49,596 bases of DNA from Octopus bimaculoides (lineage: Eukaryota), in assembly GCF_001194135.2 (NCBI RefSeq), contig NC_068984.1:23005159-23054754 (forward strand). Direction: 5' to 3'. Made by a program: the position numbers and the translations under genes. The notes below the pieces were generated by a model. It saw only the letters and a program-made list of their open reading frames with translations. It did not search any database and was not told the origin of the DNA. This document shows, piece by piece, positions 35,612 through 48,019 of the stretch (positions within the stretch are counted from its first letter, which is position 1; each line of letters starts with the position of its first letter).

Positions 35612-36327
35612 ACACACTCTTTTCTGACCTGAAAATAAAAACTTTTTTATTTAACCATAGTGATTATTTTTGTATAGTGATGTCAAATATACATTTACTA
35701 AAGAAACATGCATGTAAGTTTATCTTTACATCTCTAAACATGTGTATATTTGTGAGCATGCACTACAGGTGAATGCATAAATTTATATCCAAAATATCAT
35801 GTGCAATAAATTATATGAATGTTTGAAATTAATTGTCACTTGGTCTAATGTATACATTTTTATATAAGAAACAAATAATCAGAAATAAAATTTTAAACTA
35901 AAAATAAAATACATAAAGAAATTCTTTTTTTCTTCTTTTTGCTTAATGAAAACTCAGATTCTCAGGTGAAATGAGATATGTCTATATCCACATACTTGTT
36001 TTTGACAGTAAATGTTGTATTTATAAAAAGCCAGAGGTTATTTGAATCTAAAATCACAAAAATATGTCCATTAAAGTTGGACACACCTATTATAGACAAA
36101 TTACATAAATATCTCAACAGTGACAACATAAACTTGTTTCAAACATGCATGCTGTGTCTTTGTTTATCTTTCGTCTCCTTACTATTGTCTTTCACTCCCA
36201 GTTCTTCTTCTTCTTCTTCTCTCTCTAACTCATTCTCTTTCTCTCACTAGCTCATTCTCTCGCTTTCTCTTTCACCCTCTCTTTAATTCTGTTTTACTAT
36301 GCTTTTACTCTCTCGTTTTTTATATAT

Positions 36328-36474
36328 ATGGTACAGGTGGTTGGTTAAGAAGCTTGCTTTTGCAACCATATGGTTTCGGATTCATTCCCAAAGAGTGGTA
36401 CCTTCTACCATAGTCTTGAGCCAATCCAATGCCTTGTGAGTGAATCTAGTAGAGGGAAACTGTGCGGAAACCTG

Positions 36475-36477
<3 letters not shown>
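36328..36477 (+). mobile_element. Degenerate SINE family A followed by (AT)n
   Basis: ggttaagaagcttgctt...ccttgtgagtgaat..gtagagggaaactg. Confidence 0.6.
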
Positions 36478-36522
<45 letters not shown>

Positions 36523-37316
36523 ACTATAAGGATATATAAACCTCTTATGAGGATTACTTCATCCAAGTGACACTGGTTTACTATATCATATTGTTGAGAA
36601 ATATCTCTTCAATATAAAAATAGGTATATTATGAATATCAAATATTATTAAGTTAGAAAATGGATATAAATTAATGGATATAATTTAATTTATTAACATT
36701 TTTAAGAAGGCCTACAATTGTTTCAGTTCACACTCAATACAAATCACAAACATATAGAATAAAATGAGTTTGCATTTTGAATATTTAGAGTAAAATATCT
36801 TCAGGGCCAATGGACATTAAGGAAACTACATGCTGATCAATTGAGATTCTCCATCAGACTGCTGGAGAATTTCATTTGAAATCTTTTCATCCTTAATTAT
36901 TCCCAGTACAATCACAGAATAATCAAACATGAAAGTAATGACACATATACTCCCATTGCCTATATTTTCTAACTTCAATCACATTGTCTATATAGACATA
37001 TTCATTCATGAAACATCATAATTTTCAGTGGAGGCTCTGAATTCTAAAGAAAATCTATAGAGATAAACTTAAAAGTGAGAATATCACACTGCTAACATAA
37101 CATAAGACAATGTATTGAATTGTAAACCTTTAATATACTTTGTAGTATATCACGGTTGCAAAACAAAATGCCATGACCTTGCCAGTGATTAAATATATAT
37201 GTACCAGCTACCAGGAATGTGTTCAATATACAAATTGGACTATCTAATTATGTTACACTGCTAAATCTAGTGGGTATTTAAGCAATGTGTTCGTGGATTA
37301 TTGATGGGTTAGATGA

Positions 37317-37361
37317 GGTGCTGATGAAAGGATAATAACCCTTGAAATATGCATATACACC
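37317..37361 (+). ncRNA. Minimal type I hammerhead motif with a 10-nt palindromic stem III
   Basis: GGUG-CUGAUGA-AAGG[8 nt]CCUU-GAA-AUAUGCAUAU-A-CACC. Confidence 0.55.
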
Positions 37362-37462
37362 CATTACCTATTTTTTGCTATCTTTGGTTATACTGTGTAC
37401 AAAGATATATTCATTTACAAAACATTGTAATTTGCAGTGTTGGCTCTGAATTCTAAAAAAAA

Positions 37463-37852
37463 ATCATCATCATCATCATGAAACATCCTCCTTCCATTCT
37501 GGTATGTGTTGGGAGCTTACTAGGCAGAAGACTGAACCAGGCTTCAGTGTCTGTTTTGGCATGGTTTTTACAGCTGGATGCCCTTCCTAACACCAACCAC
37601 TCCACAGATGGGCTGAGTGCTTTTTGCATGGCACCAGCACAGGTGAGGTCAGTTTTGGCATGGTTTTTACAGCTGGATGATTTTCCAAATGCCAACCACT
37701 TTACAGAGTGGACTGGGTATTTTTTAAGTAGCAACAGCACTAGCAGAGTCACCAAGTAACTTTGCAAGACATGGAATCTTTAAGGGAGAGGGGCCATTGA
37801 GGGAGTGATCTTGTGCCAGATGATGAATGATTAGAGAGTGACAGGGAGACAG
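37463..37852 (-). mobile_element. Family E variant inserted into a local duplication
   Basis: (ATC)n tail; cagctggatgcccttcctaa motif present twice. Confidence 0.65.
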
Positions 37853-38559
37853 ATCTATTGAGATAAACTTAAAAGTGAAAATAATGCACTGCTAACACAA
37901 GGCAAGACATAGTATCGACTTGTAAACCTGTTGTATACTTGATAGTTTATTATGGCTTCAAAACGAAATATCGTTGCCCTACTAGCAATTAAATAAAGGT
38001 AATGTCCTGATTCATTCATGCTGTAACTGTCTGAATTCTTAGATAACACTTTAAGATAGAAATTTATAAGTCTGTATTCCACCTTAGAGTATTGACAATC
38101 CCAATTGATGAGGACTATCAGTAGGATGGTCACTACTTGAGAATTCATACAATCTGAATGTATCACAAGCATACACTTCCATACACACAAGAGAATGCAA
38201 GTGTAAGGCAACTAGTGTGTTTGTATCAAAATACAAAGGATGACACAATGCCATCACTCAACGGAAGAAAAGTATTCCATGCTCTACATATGTCTACTAC
38301 ATGCATACACCAAACACTGTTATGACAGCTTGTATATGTATATGTGTGCATTCATCAGCAGAGGCAACAGTGACAACAGCAGCAGCATTTTAATGTGTAC
38401 TTTTCTATGCTTGCCTGGGTCAGGCGTTCCATTTTTTGAATTTATGTGTGTGTGTGTATACACTTATGTACATACACTCACAGACATGTATGCACCCATA
38501 TATGTCGATAGAATGATACTTCATCTTTAGTAACTCTTCCTTTTCTTCTTCATTGCAGG

Positions 38560-38780
38560 CAAATAACAGGTTCCAGTGTCCAATCATTGAGTTCTTGACC
38601 AAGTGGAGTGCAGGCTGCCTGACATGCACAGATGACTACAGCTCATTTACAGAGATGACACCATCAGGAACAGGAATGTGCACAAATGGCCGAAGAATTT
38701 TAGGGAACGAGAAACCAGCATTGAAGACAAACTATACACTGGCAGACCATTAACTGCAACCACTGACACAAATGACAAGC
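38560..38780 (+). pseudogene. Mariner-like transposase N-terminal remnant
   Basis: IIEFLTK..., LIYRDDTIRNRNVHKW...FRERETSIED...GRPLTATTDTN read across frameshifts. Confidence 0.5.
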
Positions 38781-38786
38781 ATTTTG

Positions 38787-38916
38787 GAGGCATGTGTCTT
38801 GATGGTTAGGGTGTTAACCTCATGATTGTAAGATTTTGGTTTCAAATCCTGGACCTGGCAATGTGTCTTCTTGAACAAAACCCTTCATTTCACATTGTTC
38901 TAGTCTAATGAGTAAT
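38787..38916 (+). mobile_element. SINE family D, 5' part
   Basis: gatggttagggtgtt...ttcaaatcctggac...gaacaaaacccttcatttcacattg. Confidence 0.6.
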
Positions 38917-38980
38917 CAAACTTGATTAAACAGAAAACTGAGAAATCCTAAATTTCACTCCTAAGCTATTAGTGTGGTTC

Positions 38981-39061
<81 letters not shown>

Positions 39062-39762
39062 ACTTTAAATAGAGCTCAAAGCTGATCCATTGAAAATATT
39101 TTATTACAACAATAATAATAATAATAATAATAATGATGATGAAATTGACCTATGAACATTTCGATGGAACATCCAGAATGATTAATACATATCATAAAAT
39201 ATTATAAAATATAGGATACTCCTTCTCCTCGGGGTCCCATTATTATTGCTATTATTATTATTATTATTACTAGTAATATACAGCCAATAAAAACAGAAAA
39301 CATTCAAATCCAATTTTTATATTTGACCCATGAAAATATACAAAACAGGATGAAAAGGTATTAGATGGCACACAACCGTTCATCCCAAATGTGCAAGGAA
39401 CGAGCAAATGGCAAATCAACTCAAACCCCCAACCACTCCGAGAGTGTAGTGGGTGCTTTTACATGCCACCTGCACTAGGGCCAGTCAGGCAGTACTGACA
39501 AGATATATATAGATATATATATAATTAATCAATTAAAAAAGTGGAGAAGAAAAACAGAAAAAAGCATCAATGCGAAGACATGGTACATGCAAAGTATTAA
39601 TAAGATGCTCAGAGAAGGAAAGAAAGAGTGGTTGTTTTACATTTTGAGCAAAGCTCTTCTTCGGAAACAGGAGACATGGGAAAGTCCAAAAGAAAATGAA
39701 GAAAGAGGAAAAAAATCACCAACAATCCACATGTCATTACAGCATATGTATATATAATTGTT

Positions 39763-40000
39763 TAATAAACATATTATATATTTTTATGAGCTACTAATAG
39801 TTTCATACAATGACAACATCTCAGACAACATTTTTTAACACATCTGGTGTCTTCGTGTAATCCTCAGGTTAGCCTTCACACAATGCCCAGGCTAGACTGA
39901 GGATTGTGTGAAGGCACCAGATGTGTTAAAAATGCTGTCCGAGATGTTGTCATTACATGAAACTATTAGTAGGTTATAAAAATATATACTGTGTTTATTA
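39763..40000. repeat. Foldback/MITE-like inverted repeat with ~100-110-bp arms and a 13-nt loop
   Basis: 39775-39875 is approximately the reverse complement of 39889-39988. Confidence 0.85.
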
Positions 40001-40072
40001 GATATTTATCTCACATTAGATGGAGTACCTTTTTTGTTAATATTACCATCACAGAATAGTACACTATATATT

Positions 40073-40105
<33 letters not shown>

Positions 40106-40107
<2 letters not shown>

Positions 40108-40275
40108 CATCATCATCGTTTAACGTCCGCTTTCCATGTTAGCATGGGTTGGACGATTTGACTGAGGACTGGTGAAACCGGATGGCAACACCAGGCTCCA
40201 ATCTAATTTGGCAGAGTTTCTACAGCTGGATGCCCTTCCGAACGCCAACCACTCAGAGAGTGTAGTGGGTGCTTT
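40106..40275 (-). mobile_element. Family E RTE-type 3' end
   Basis: Near-identical to 4384-4495. Confidence 0.8.
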
Positions 40276-40600
40276 ACACACACACACACATATATGCACT
40301 CACACACACACACAAATGTAGATATATTCACAAACACATGCATATACATATATTACCTAGGCCTTAAATGTGTTCAACTTTGTGTATGGCTATGTCCTTT
40401 GGTTGCTGGAGATGACACCTAAAGAGGCAGGAAAATGTATCCACAACTCTCCTCATATTCCCTGACAATAAGCTTGTTGTTTTCCTTAATGGTTCATCAA
40501 TTGGAAAATTCTTGAGTCTTGAGATCATCTCCCCTTTTCAGATGGAGCTTAGTCTTAATTGTCATTTGGTAATTAAGACACAACCTCTAGAATTAGAGAT

Positions 40601-42435
40601 CATCACCATCATCATCATCATCATTTAACATCTATTGTCCATGCTGGCATAGGTTAGACCGTTTGACCAAGGCTGGTAAGCTGAAAGGCTGCACCAGACT
40701 CCAGTTTGATTTGGCATGGTTTTCTAGGGCTGGATGCCCTTCCTAATGCCAACCACTCTGAGAGTGTAATGGGTGCTTTTACGTGCCACCAGCGTGAATG
40801 CCATTTGCATGACACCAGTATCTGCCATGATTGTGATTTTTCTCAGCTTAATGGGTCATCTTTTCATGCACAACATAATGCCTAAGATCTCAGTCATTGC
40901 CTCTGTGAGACCCAACACTTGAAAGGAACTCAGCCACTTTGCATCCCTGAGGCCCAACGCTCAAAAGGAACTTAACCACTTTGCCTCTGTGAGGTCCAAC
41001 GGTCAAAAGGTGCTCTTTATGTGCCACCAGCAGAGGTGCCAGTTATATGATACCAGCATCAACCATGACTATGATTTCACTTGGCTTGAAGGGTCTTCTC
41101 AAGCACAGCATATTGCCAAAGTACTCAGTCACTAGTCATTGCCTTTGTGAGGCTTCACCACTTCGTCCCATGTCTTCCTGGGTCTACCTCTACCACAGGT
41201 TCCCTCCACAGTTAGAGATTGGCACTTCTTTACACAGTGGTCCTTGTCCATATTCATCACATGACCAAACCAGTGCAGTCATCTCTCTTGCACACCACAT
41301 CTGATGCCTCTTATGCCTAACTTTTCTCTCAAGATGCTTACATTCTGTCGAACATGCACACTGATATTGCACATCCAGTGAAGCATACTGGCTTCATTTC
41401 TTTCAAGCCTACACATGTCCTTGGCTGTCACAGCCCATGTTTTATTGCCATGTAGCATAACTGTTCACACACAGGCATCATACAATCTGCCTTTCACTCT
41501 GAGAGAGAGGCCTTTGTTGCCAGTAGAAGTAGGAGCTCTGTGAACTTTACCTAGCCTAATCTTATTCTCACAGCTACACTTGCAGAACATTCATCTCCAC
41601 TACTAACTTTGGTCACCTAGATAATGGAAGCTATCTACTACCTCTAGCATGTTCCCCTGGCAGTTGATGGAGTCTATTTTCTGCACATTTTCTGTGTTTA
41701 TTGTACCTGTGTCTCTTCCACATACAAAAGCTAATTTCCCTGTTAACCTTCCTCTAATATTGCTGCACCTTTTATGTGTCCAAAGCTTACATCAGGTGCA
41801 TCTTATGGAGTTGCTACCAATGCCTTTTCAACAAATCGAGCAGGGCCCTCTACCTGAAGGGATTTGTGATTTGTCTGCCTTCTTACTTAATAAAACTTTG
41901 GTTTTTGCTAGGTTAACTTTAAGACCCTCCAATTCTAGAGTTTGCTTCCATACCTGGAACTTCTCTAGTTTTGGTAGTGATTCAGCAATAAGAGCAAGGT
42001 CATCAGCATAGAGATCCCATGGGCAGCCTGTCTTGAATTCCTCTGTTATAGCCTGGAGGATTATGATGAACAAGAGGGGGCTGAAGACTGATCCTTGGTG
42101 AACCCCTACTTGTACCCTGAATCCTTTGCTGTACTCATTGCCATCCCTTACCTTACTGGTATCATTCCTATACATAGCTTGTACAGTTCTCATCAACCAC
42201 TTGTCTATCTCTAGTTTTCACATTGACCACCAGATAAGGGATCAGAGGACTCTGTCAAAGGCTTTCTCCAAGGCAACAAAGGCAAGTACAGAGGTTTATG
42301 TTAGGCTCAGTACTTCTCTTGCAGTTGCCTTACCAGAAATATAGCATCAGTGGTGCTTCTCCCTGGCACAAAACAAAACTGAATCTCATCTAGGCTAACT
42401 CTCTCCCTAATTAGTTGGGCTATGACTCTTTCCAT
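40601..42435 (-). pseudogene. 5'-truncated RTE-clade LINE: RT domain, C-terminus, duplicated 3' UTR, (GAT)n tail
   Basis: GVHQGSVFSPLLF...LYADDLALIAES...GLKVNLAKTK; GRGRPRKTWDEVV; continuous into family E sequence and the tail at ~40601-40625. Confidence 0.88.
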
Positions 42436-42934
42436 AACTTGCATAATTTTAATAAATCAAGAACTTACTGTATTTATTTATGTTGTTCAAATACGTGCCA
42501 GTGGCACATTTTTGCTTATATACATACATGTACTTATGTATGTGTATATATATATACATATATCATGATCATATATATATATATATTATCCTCATCATCA
42601 TCATCAAATGTTCGCTTTCCAGGCTGTCATGGGTTAGACACTTTAACTGAAACTGCCAAGCCGAAGAGCTGCACCAGGGTCCAGTATGACTTTGACATGG
42701 TTTCTATGGATGGATGCCCTAGACCAACTTATCTTATCTGTGTATATCTCAGCATGTGTGTCTGATAGGTAGCCAGAAGGTAAATCCTTTGAGAGAGAAA
42801 TCAAAGGTTTGAGAGCTTATTTGTACTAAATGGCTGGTGGGAGGCAATATGGCTGCCAGAAGTAAAAGCCATGCTTGTATCTTAGTACTTAGCGGTCTAT
42901 GGGCCAAATTTAATGAAAGAGCAGACAGATAAGC

Positions 42935-43018
42935 AAACATCAAAGCAGATTCATAGCACTAACGAAGAGAATGACAAACATCAAAGCAGATTCATAGTAT
43001 TAACAAAGAGAATGACAA
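42935..43018 (+). repeat. Two ~41-bp tandem copies
   Basis: caaacatcaaagcagattcatag.a.taac.aagagaatga occurs twice. Confidence 0.85.
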
Positions 43019-43206
43019 GAGACAGGAGAGACAAAGAAAACATAAGTTACATTAAATTAAATCAAGTTAAATAAATTAATCAATGCACACACACACACAC
43101 ACACATATTTCATTATTTTAACATCTACTGTGCTTGCATTGCTTAGTTAGCATAGACTGAAGCAGATTTTCTACACTCAGATGCCCATCTTATAACCAAC
43201 ATTTGC

Positions 43207-43505
43207 TTACAGTAATCTGTTGCCATATCACGGTTCACCTATCATGGTTCACCTATCGCAGTTTATCATTTAAGCTTACATCGATTCCTCCATGGATTTG
43301 TTTTGCATTTATAATAAAATAAATGTATATAAATTATAAAAATATTAAAAAAAAAAAATATGTGCATCAGCATGGCCGCAGCTCTGAGCTGAAACTTTGA
43401 AATGAAATGAAAGTACAGAACCGTTTCTACTTCGCGGATTTTCACCTATTGGAGTGGGGTGGGGAGCAGGTTGGAACGTAACACCTGCAATAGGTGAGTG
43501 AGTGA
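43207..43505. mobile_element. Possible Tigger/pogo-type MITE remnant
   Basis: ta-cagtaatc...cggttcacctatc at the left end; cgcggattttcacctat...ggaacgtaac at the right end; recognised from memory of such MITEs only. Confidence 0.4.
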
Positions 43506-43735
43506 GTGAGACATGTTTTTTGAAAAACATTGAAAATGAGTGACATTGCAGTGTTAAGACAAGATGCAAATAGACAACAATGCACATACATGTATGTGTA
43601 TATATATACATACCTACACATACACACACACACATGTCTATGTACATATACATATATGTAAACAAATCACCAGTAGTTCATATACCCAAAAAAGAAACAC
43701 ACACAAAAGCATTAGAGCAGTAGGGTATTTTTCAG

Positions 43736-43852
43736 GAAGTTAAAAGTTACAGCCAGTCATAGAGTGACCATTGGTTTCACACCTATACTGCTAAGTGCTT
43801 TATAGATGCAAAACCAATGGTCACTCTATGACTGACCATAACTTTTAACTTC
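43736..43852. repeat. Inverted repeat with 52-bp arms and a 13-nt loop
   Basis: 43736-43787 versus 43801-43852. Confidence 0.85.
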
Positions 43853-43894
43853 GAAAAGGATATATATGTAAATGTGTGTGTATATGTATATATA

Positions 43895-44195
43895 TCATCA
43901 TCATCATCATTTTATGTCCATGTTCCATGCTAGCATAGGTGGAACAGTATCACAAGGGTTGGCCAACCCAAAGCCGGCACCAGATTTCTGTGACCGTTTT
44001 GGCAGGATTTTTACAGCTGGCTGCCCTTCCTAACACCAACCACTCAGTGGAGTGGACTTAGTACTTTTTATGTGGCACAAGCACAGGTGAGGTGAGTAGT
44101 GCTTTTTGCATGGCACAAGCACAGGCGAGGTCAGTTTTGGCAAGGTTTTTACAGTTGGATGCACTTCCAAACACCAACCACTGGACTGGGTGCTT
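43895..44195 (-). mobile_element. Family E variant
   Basis: (ATC)n tail and cagctggctgcccttcctaac; resembles 37463-37760. Confidence 0.65.
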
Positions 44196-44780
44196 TATAC
44201 GTCTTTTTTGATATCCAGTTTGCAAGATTCTTAATGTGAAATCATATGCTGAAATAAATTTTGTTGTGTCTACGGAGAGTCATTATGCCAATATAATTAA
44301 CATACACACTGGTTCAATTCCACTCCTTTATTAGTAGTCAATTAGTTAAATATCCAACTGATTTGTTTTGCTTCGGTTTGTCAAAGCTCTTCTGTTGCTA
44401 TTTGCAAACATTTCAATGACTATTGATTTGGTCCATTATAGAGGCCACATTTGTCTGTTTGAGATTTGTCATGTGTGTGTGTACTTGTGTGCGTACATAT
44501 GTATGTAGGTATATATTGTGTATGTATGCATGTATGTATTCTATATATTCATGGTTGTTTGTGGGGGGGGGGGTATGTGCTTGAGTGTGTACTTCTTCTT
44601 CCTTGTGTGTACATGTTTCAATGTACCTATGCATATGAGTTTGTGTGAATATGCACATGAGCCTGTTGTGTATACATGTGTGCCTATATGGAAATAAATG
44701 AAGGTTCATGACAGAAGGTTTGGCAATGATGTTGTTCTTAATGATGTTGATGATGATTATATTTAGATACATAGATAGAT

Positions 44781-44886
44781 ATATAAAAGTTAGATAAGGC
44801 CAGTGTAGGGGATTACCCCGGGTTTCATGTCCATGGATATGAAACCCAGGGTAATCTCACAGACCAGCTTTGCCTAACTTTTATAT
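44781..44886. repeat. Imperfect loop-less palindrome centred on TCCATGGA
   Basis: Inner arms match at 21 of 23 bp; outer arms atataaaagttag / ctaacttttatat. Confidence 0.8.
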
Positions 44887-45107
44887 CATATGTTGCTCTA
44901 TAACTTAGAGTGTGCTTCTTTTTCGGATTTATGCTTTATATACATATGTATATATATATATATAATACCATCTCCAAAGGAATGCTATATGTATATATAT
45001 ATATATATATATATACATAACACGGGTATCTGACACCAAGAGTATATACGGATATTCTATCGCTTAATCAGTTATTACAACCACTAACTTTGCTAGCCTT
45101 TATATAT

Positions 45108-45160
<53 letters not shown>

Positions 45161-45853
45161 NNNNNNNNNNNNNNNNNNNNNNNNNNNNNNNNNNNNNNNN
45201 NNNNNNNNNNNNNNNNNNNNNNNNNNNNNNNNNNNNNNNNNNNNNNNNNNNNNNNNNNNNNNNNNNNNNNNNNNNNNNNNNNNNNNNNNNNNNNNNNNNN
45301 NNNNNNNNNNNNNNNNNNNNNNNNNNNNNNNNNNNNNNNNNNNNNNNNNNNNNNNNNNNNNNNNNNNNNNNNNNNNNNNNNNNNNNNNNNNNNNNNNNNN
45401 NNNNNNNNNNNNNNNNNNNNNNNNNNNNNNNNNNNNNNNNNNNNNNNNNNNNNNNNNNNNNNNNNNNNNNNNNNNNNNNNNNNNNNNNNNNNNNNNNNNN
45501 NNNNNNNNNNNNNNNNNNNNNNNNNNNNNNNNNNNNNNNNNNNNNNNNNNNNNNNNNNNNNNNNNNNNNNNNNNNNNNNNNNNNNNNNNNNNNNNNNNNN
45601 NNNNNNNNNNNNNNNNNNNNNNNNNNNNNNNNNNNNNNNNNNNNNNNNNNNNNNNNNNNNNNNNNNNNNNNNNNNNNNNNNNNNNNNNNNNNNNNNNNNN
45701 NNNNNNNNNNNNNNNNNNNNNNNNNNNNNNNNNNNNNNNNNNNNNNNNNNNNNNNNNNNNNNNNNNNNNNNNNNNNNNNNNNNNNNNNNNNNNNNNNNNN
45801 NNNNNNNNNNNNNNNNNNNNNNNNNNNNNNNNNNNNNNNNNNNNNNNNNNNNN

Positions 45854-45912
<59 letters not shown>

Positions 45913-46077
45913 AATACATATACATAAGTACGAACGTATACATACAAACATTTAAGGCATATATAAACAGAACTTGTCTCACAACTATGTTCTCACTATG
46001 AATATTAATAAATGAAATAAACATGAAATAAAGATTCTAAGTCCACATTACTTATATATGTATATATACACATTCAA

Positions 46078-46083
46078 TTTATT
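46078..46083 (-). terminator. Candidate AATAAA poly(A) signal of the PTB gene
   Basis: Plus-strand tttatt about 115 nt past the stop; AT-rich context makes a chance match likely. Confidence 0.35.
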
Positions 46084-46197
46084 GAATATTTATATATTTG
46101 ATGATAGTGACATGAGTGTATGTACAACTGAGTTAATGTCTGTCAGCATGTATTTGTTTTGAAACTGGAATGGAATTAATTAAACGTATCGCCAGCA

Positions 46198-47193
46198 TCA
46201 AACATCACAGTCATCACTCAAGGAAGTCTTTAATTCACTGGGAGTTCGAAGTTCTACGCAAAACTGCTGGTTTTCCAAACCTTCTTTTTTCAGTTTTTCC
46301 GTCCGAATTTTGAAAGCGGCAGCTAAAGAAACAACCATTTTACGGGCACTTACCGGAGATTCGCAGAGAAAAGCATGACATTCAGCAACGGAATTCCTGG
46401 AAGAGAGTTCTTTGACTAAAATATAACTAAAAACTCGCCAGTATTTCATATCTTGTACACAGTAGGATATTGACTCTATAGAACAGTCCTTTAGAGTGTC
46501 CACTCCTTTTACTTGGTTCATAGGATGTTCCTTAAAATGCAAGCCTTTCGTTGATACGATTATGTACTTCAATGGTAATTCGATATTTCCCGAAGAATCA
46601 AGGTTTTTCAATATTGTTTTCATCATGTTATCCACGTGCTTCTTCGTTACTCGTGCTCCAACTAATTTTGAACATTTTCTCTTACCCAGGTATTTAGCAA
46701 CAAACAGTTGAGGAAGTTTGTTTATTTTCACGCTTGAAAGATCTGTAAAGGAGGTCTTTTTTGGTTCCGGTGGGGTTGTATTTTTCGCGGAATTCCTCAG
46801 TTTGTCAATCGGTGCTCGTATCTTCTTTGCAACAGAAGACATCTTAAAGCTCATCTTTTTGAAAGATCCATCTAAAGATTTCACTTTCGATTTTGCATCA
46901 TTAGACTTATCCGAAGATTCGTATTCGTTCGTTATTGAATTATTATCGTCAGAGTTAAATTTATCTGAAGCCATGCTATCAGAATCTTGACAAGTGGAGC
47001 CGTTTTCAGTGAAAACATCACTGTCAACATCATCATACAAATCTGTGAAAGTCACCGTTTTATCAACAGGTTTGTTGTCTGATAACGAAGTGCTCATTAA
47101 ATTTTCCACTGAAATATCCTCTTCGAATATACCTTCCACCAGATCTCGGTGTTCTCGAGAAAATCCATCCAAATTGCTCCCACCAACAGCCAT
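46198..47193 (-). CDS. PTB/PID-domain adaptor protein with an acidic Ser/Asp-rich N-terminus, single coding exon (331 aa)
   Basis: FVAKYLG...IIVSTKGLHF...ISYCVQD...VFSYI...CHAFLCES...ARKMVVSLAAAF follows the PTB pattern; in-frame TAA two codons upstream of the ATG; Kozak-like gtaATGG; intact ORF. Confidence 0.85.
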   Translation of the reverse strand: MAVGGSNLDGFSREHRDLVEGIFEEDISVENLMSTSLSDNKPVDKTVTFTDLYDDVDSDVFTENGSTCQDSDSMASDKFNSDDNNSITNEYESSDKSNDAKSKVKSLDGSFKKMSFKMSSVAKKIRAPIDKLRNSAKNTTPPEPKKTSFTDLSSVKINKLPQLFVAKYLGKRKCSKLVGARVTKKHVDNMMKTILKNLDSSGNIELPLKYIIVSTKGLHFKEHPMNQVKGVDTLKDCSIESISYCVQDMKYWRVFSYILVKELSSRNSVAECHAFLCESPVSARKMVVSLAAAFKIRTEKLKKEGLENQQFCVELRTPSELKTSLSDDCDV

Positions 47194-48019
47194 TACTTAA
47201 AAATCTAATTGAATTTGCCAAATCTTGATTGTCTTTCTGTTTCTAATTATTCTTTTTTGCTCTCCCGCCACTTATTAATCTATTTTCCTTCTTCAGGATA
47301 GAGTGAATGAAGGAGCTTGAAAGACAGTAAAAAACAAAGTTACTGTAGCAAGGACACGTCTACACAAAATGAAACATGAAATAGATTTTAACTCTGAAAT
47401 GTATTTGTCAAATAACTAAACTGGTTTGGTCAGGTTCAACAGATAACTTATATAAATAGATTTTTTTCCTATTACAAACAATTCAGTCAATCTTTGTTCG
47501 GATATAAGGAGAAAACATAAAAGACTGCAACATGCATTTATAGCAGAAAGGTACTGCTTGAAGCGTTTTCCTATAAATTGTTATAAGCACATTTATGTAT
47601 GAATGAAAATATATAAATAATATGTTTTATATGTATATAAAATATATATATGGCTAAACTAGTAACTGTCTTCAGTTCAGCTGTGGCTGACGAGGTGTAT
47701 ACTCACCAAAATATTTAAATTGCGCCAAGTATTTTGTAGTAAATATTCCTATTTTCTTCACGCGGTATATTTTATGTTCTTTCTACTCATTCGTACTATT
47801 TACATAGATATAAAATCACAGTTCCGACTATCAGTTATGTCATTGCAGACCTTCAGTGGTTAAATATCACACTTAGATTAACTAAAATTGTAATGCCTGA
47901 GTTAATGTGCGTGGTTCAATTATATAAGGTGTGTGTGTGCGCGCGCGTACACAGCTCTGTGCTGATATGAATACACAAACACACATGCACAATGGCGATG
48001 ATGGTGATGATGATAATGA

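Noticed and set aside
46198-46212. C-terminal DCDV as a PDZ-binding motif
   Set aside because: Does not fit class I or III; only the terminal Val supports it.
47687-47716. CTGACGA-GGTG[TATACT]CACC-AAAA hammerhead-like motif
   Set aside because: G12 is replaced by A and no stem I can form; at best a dead remnant.
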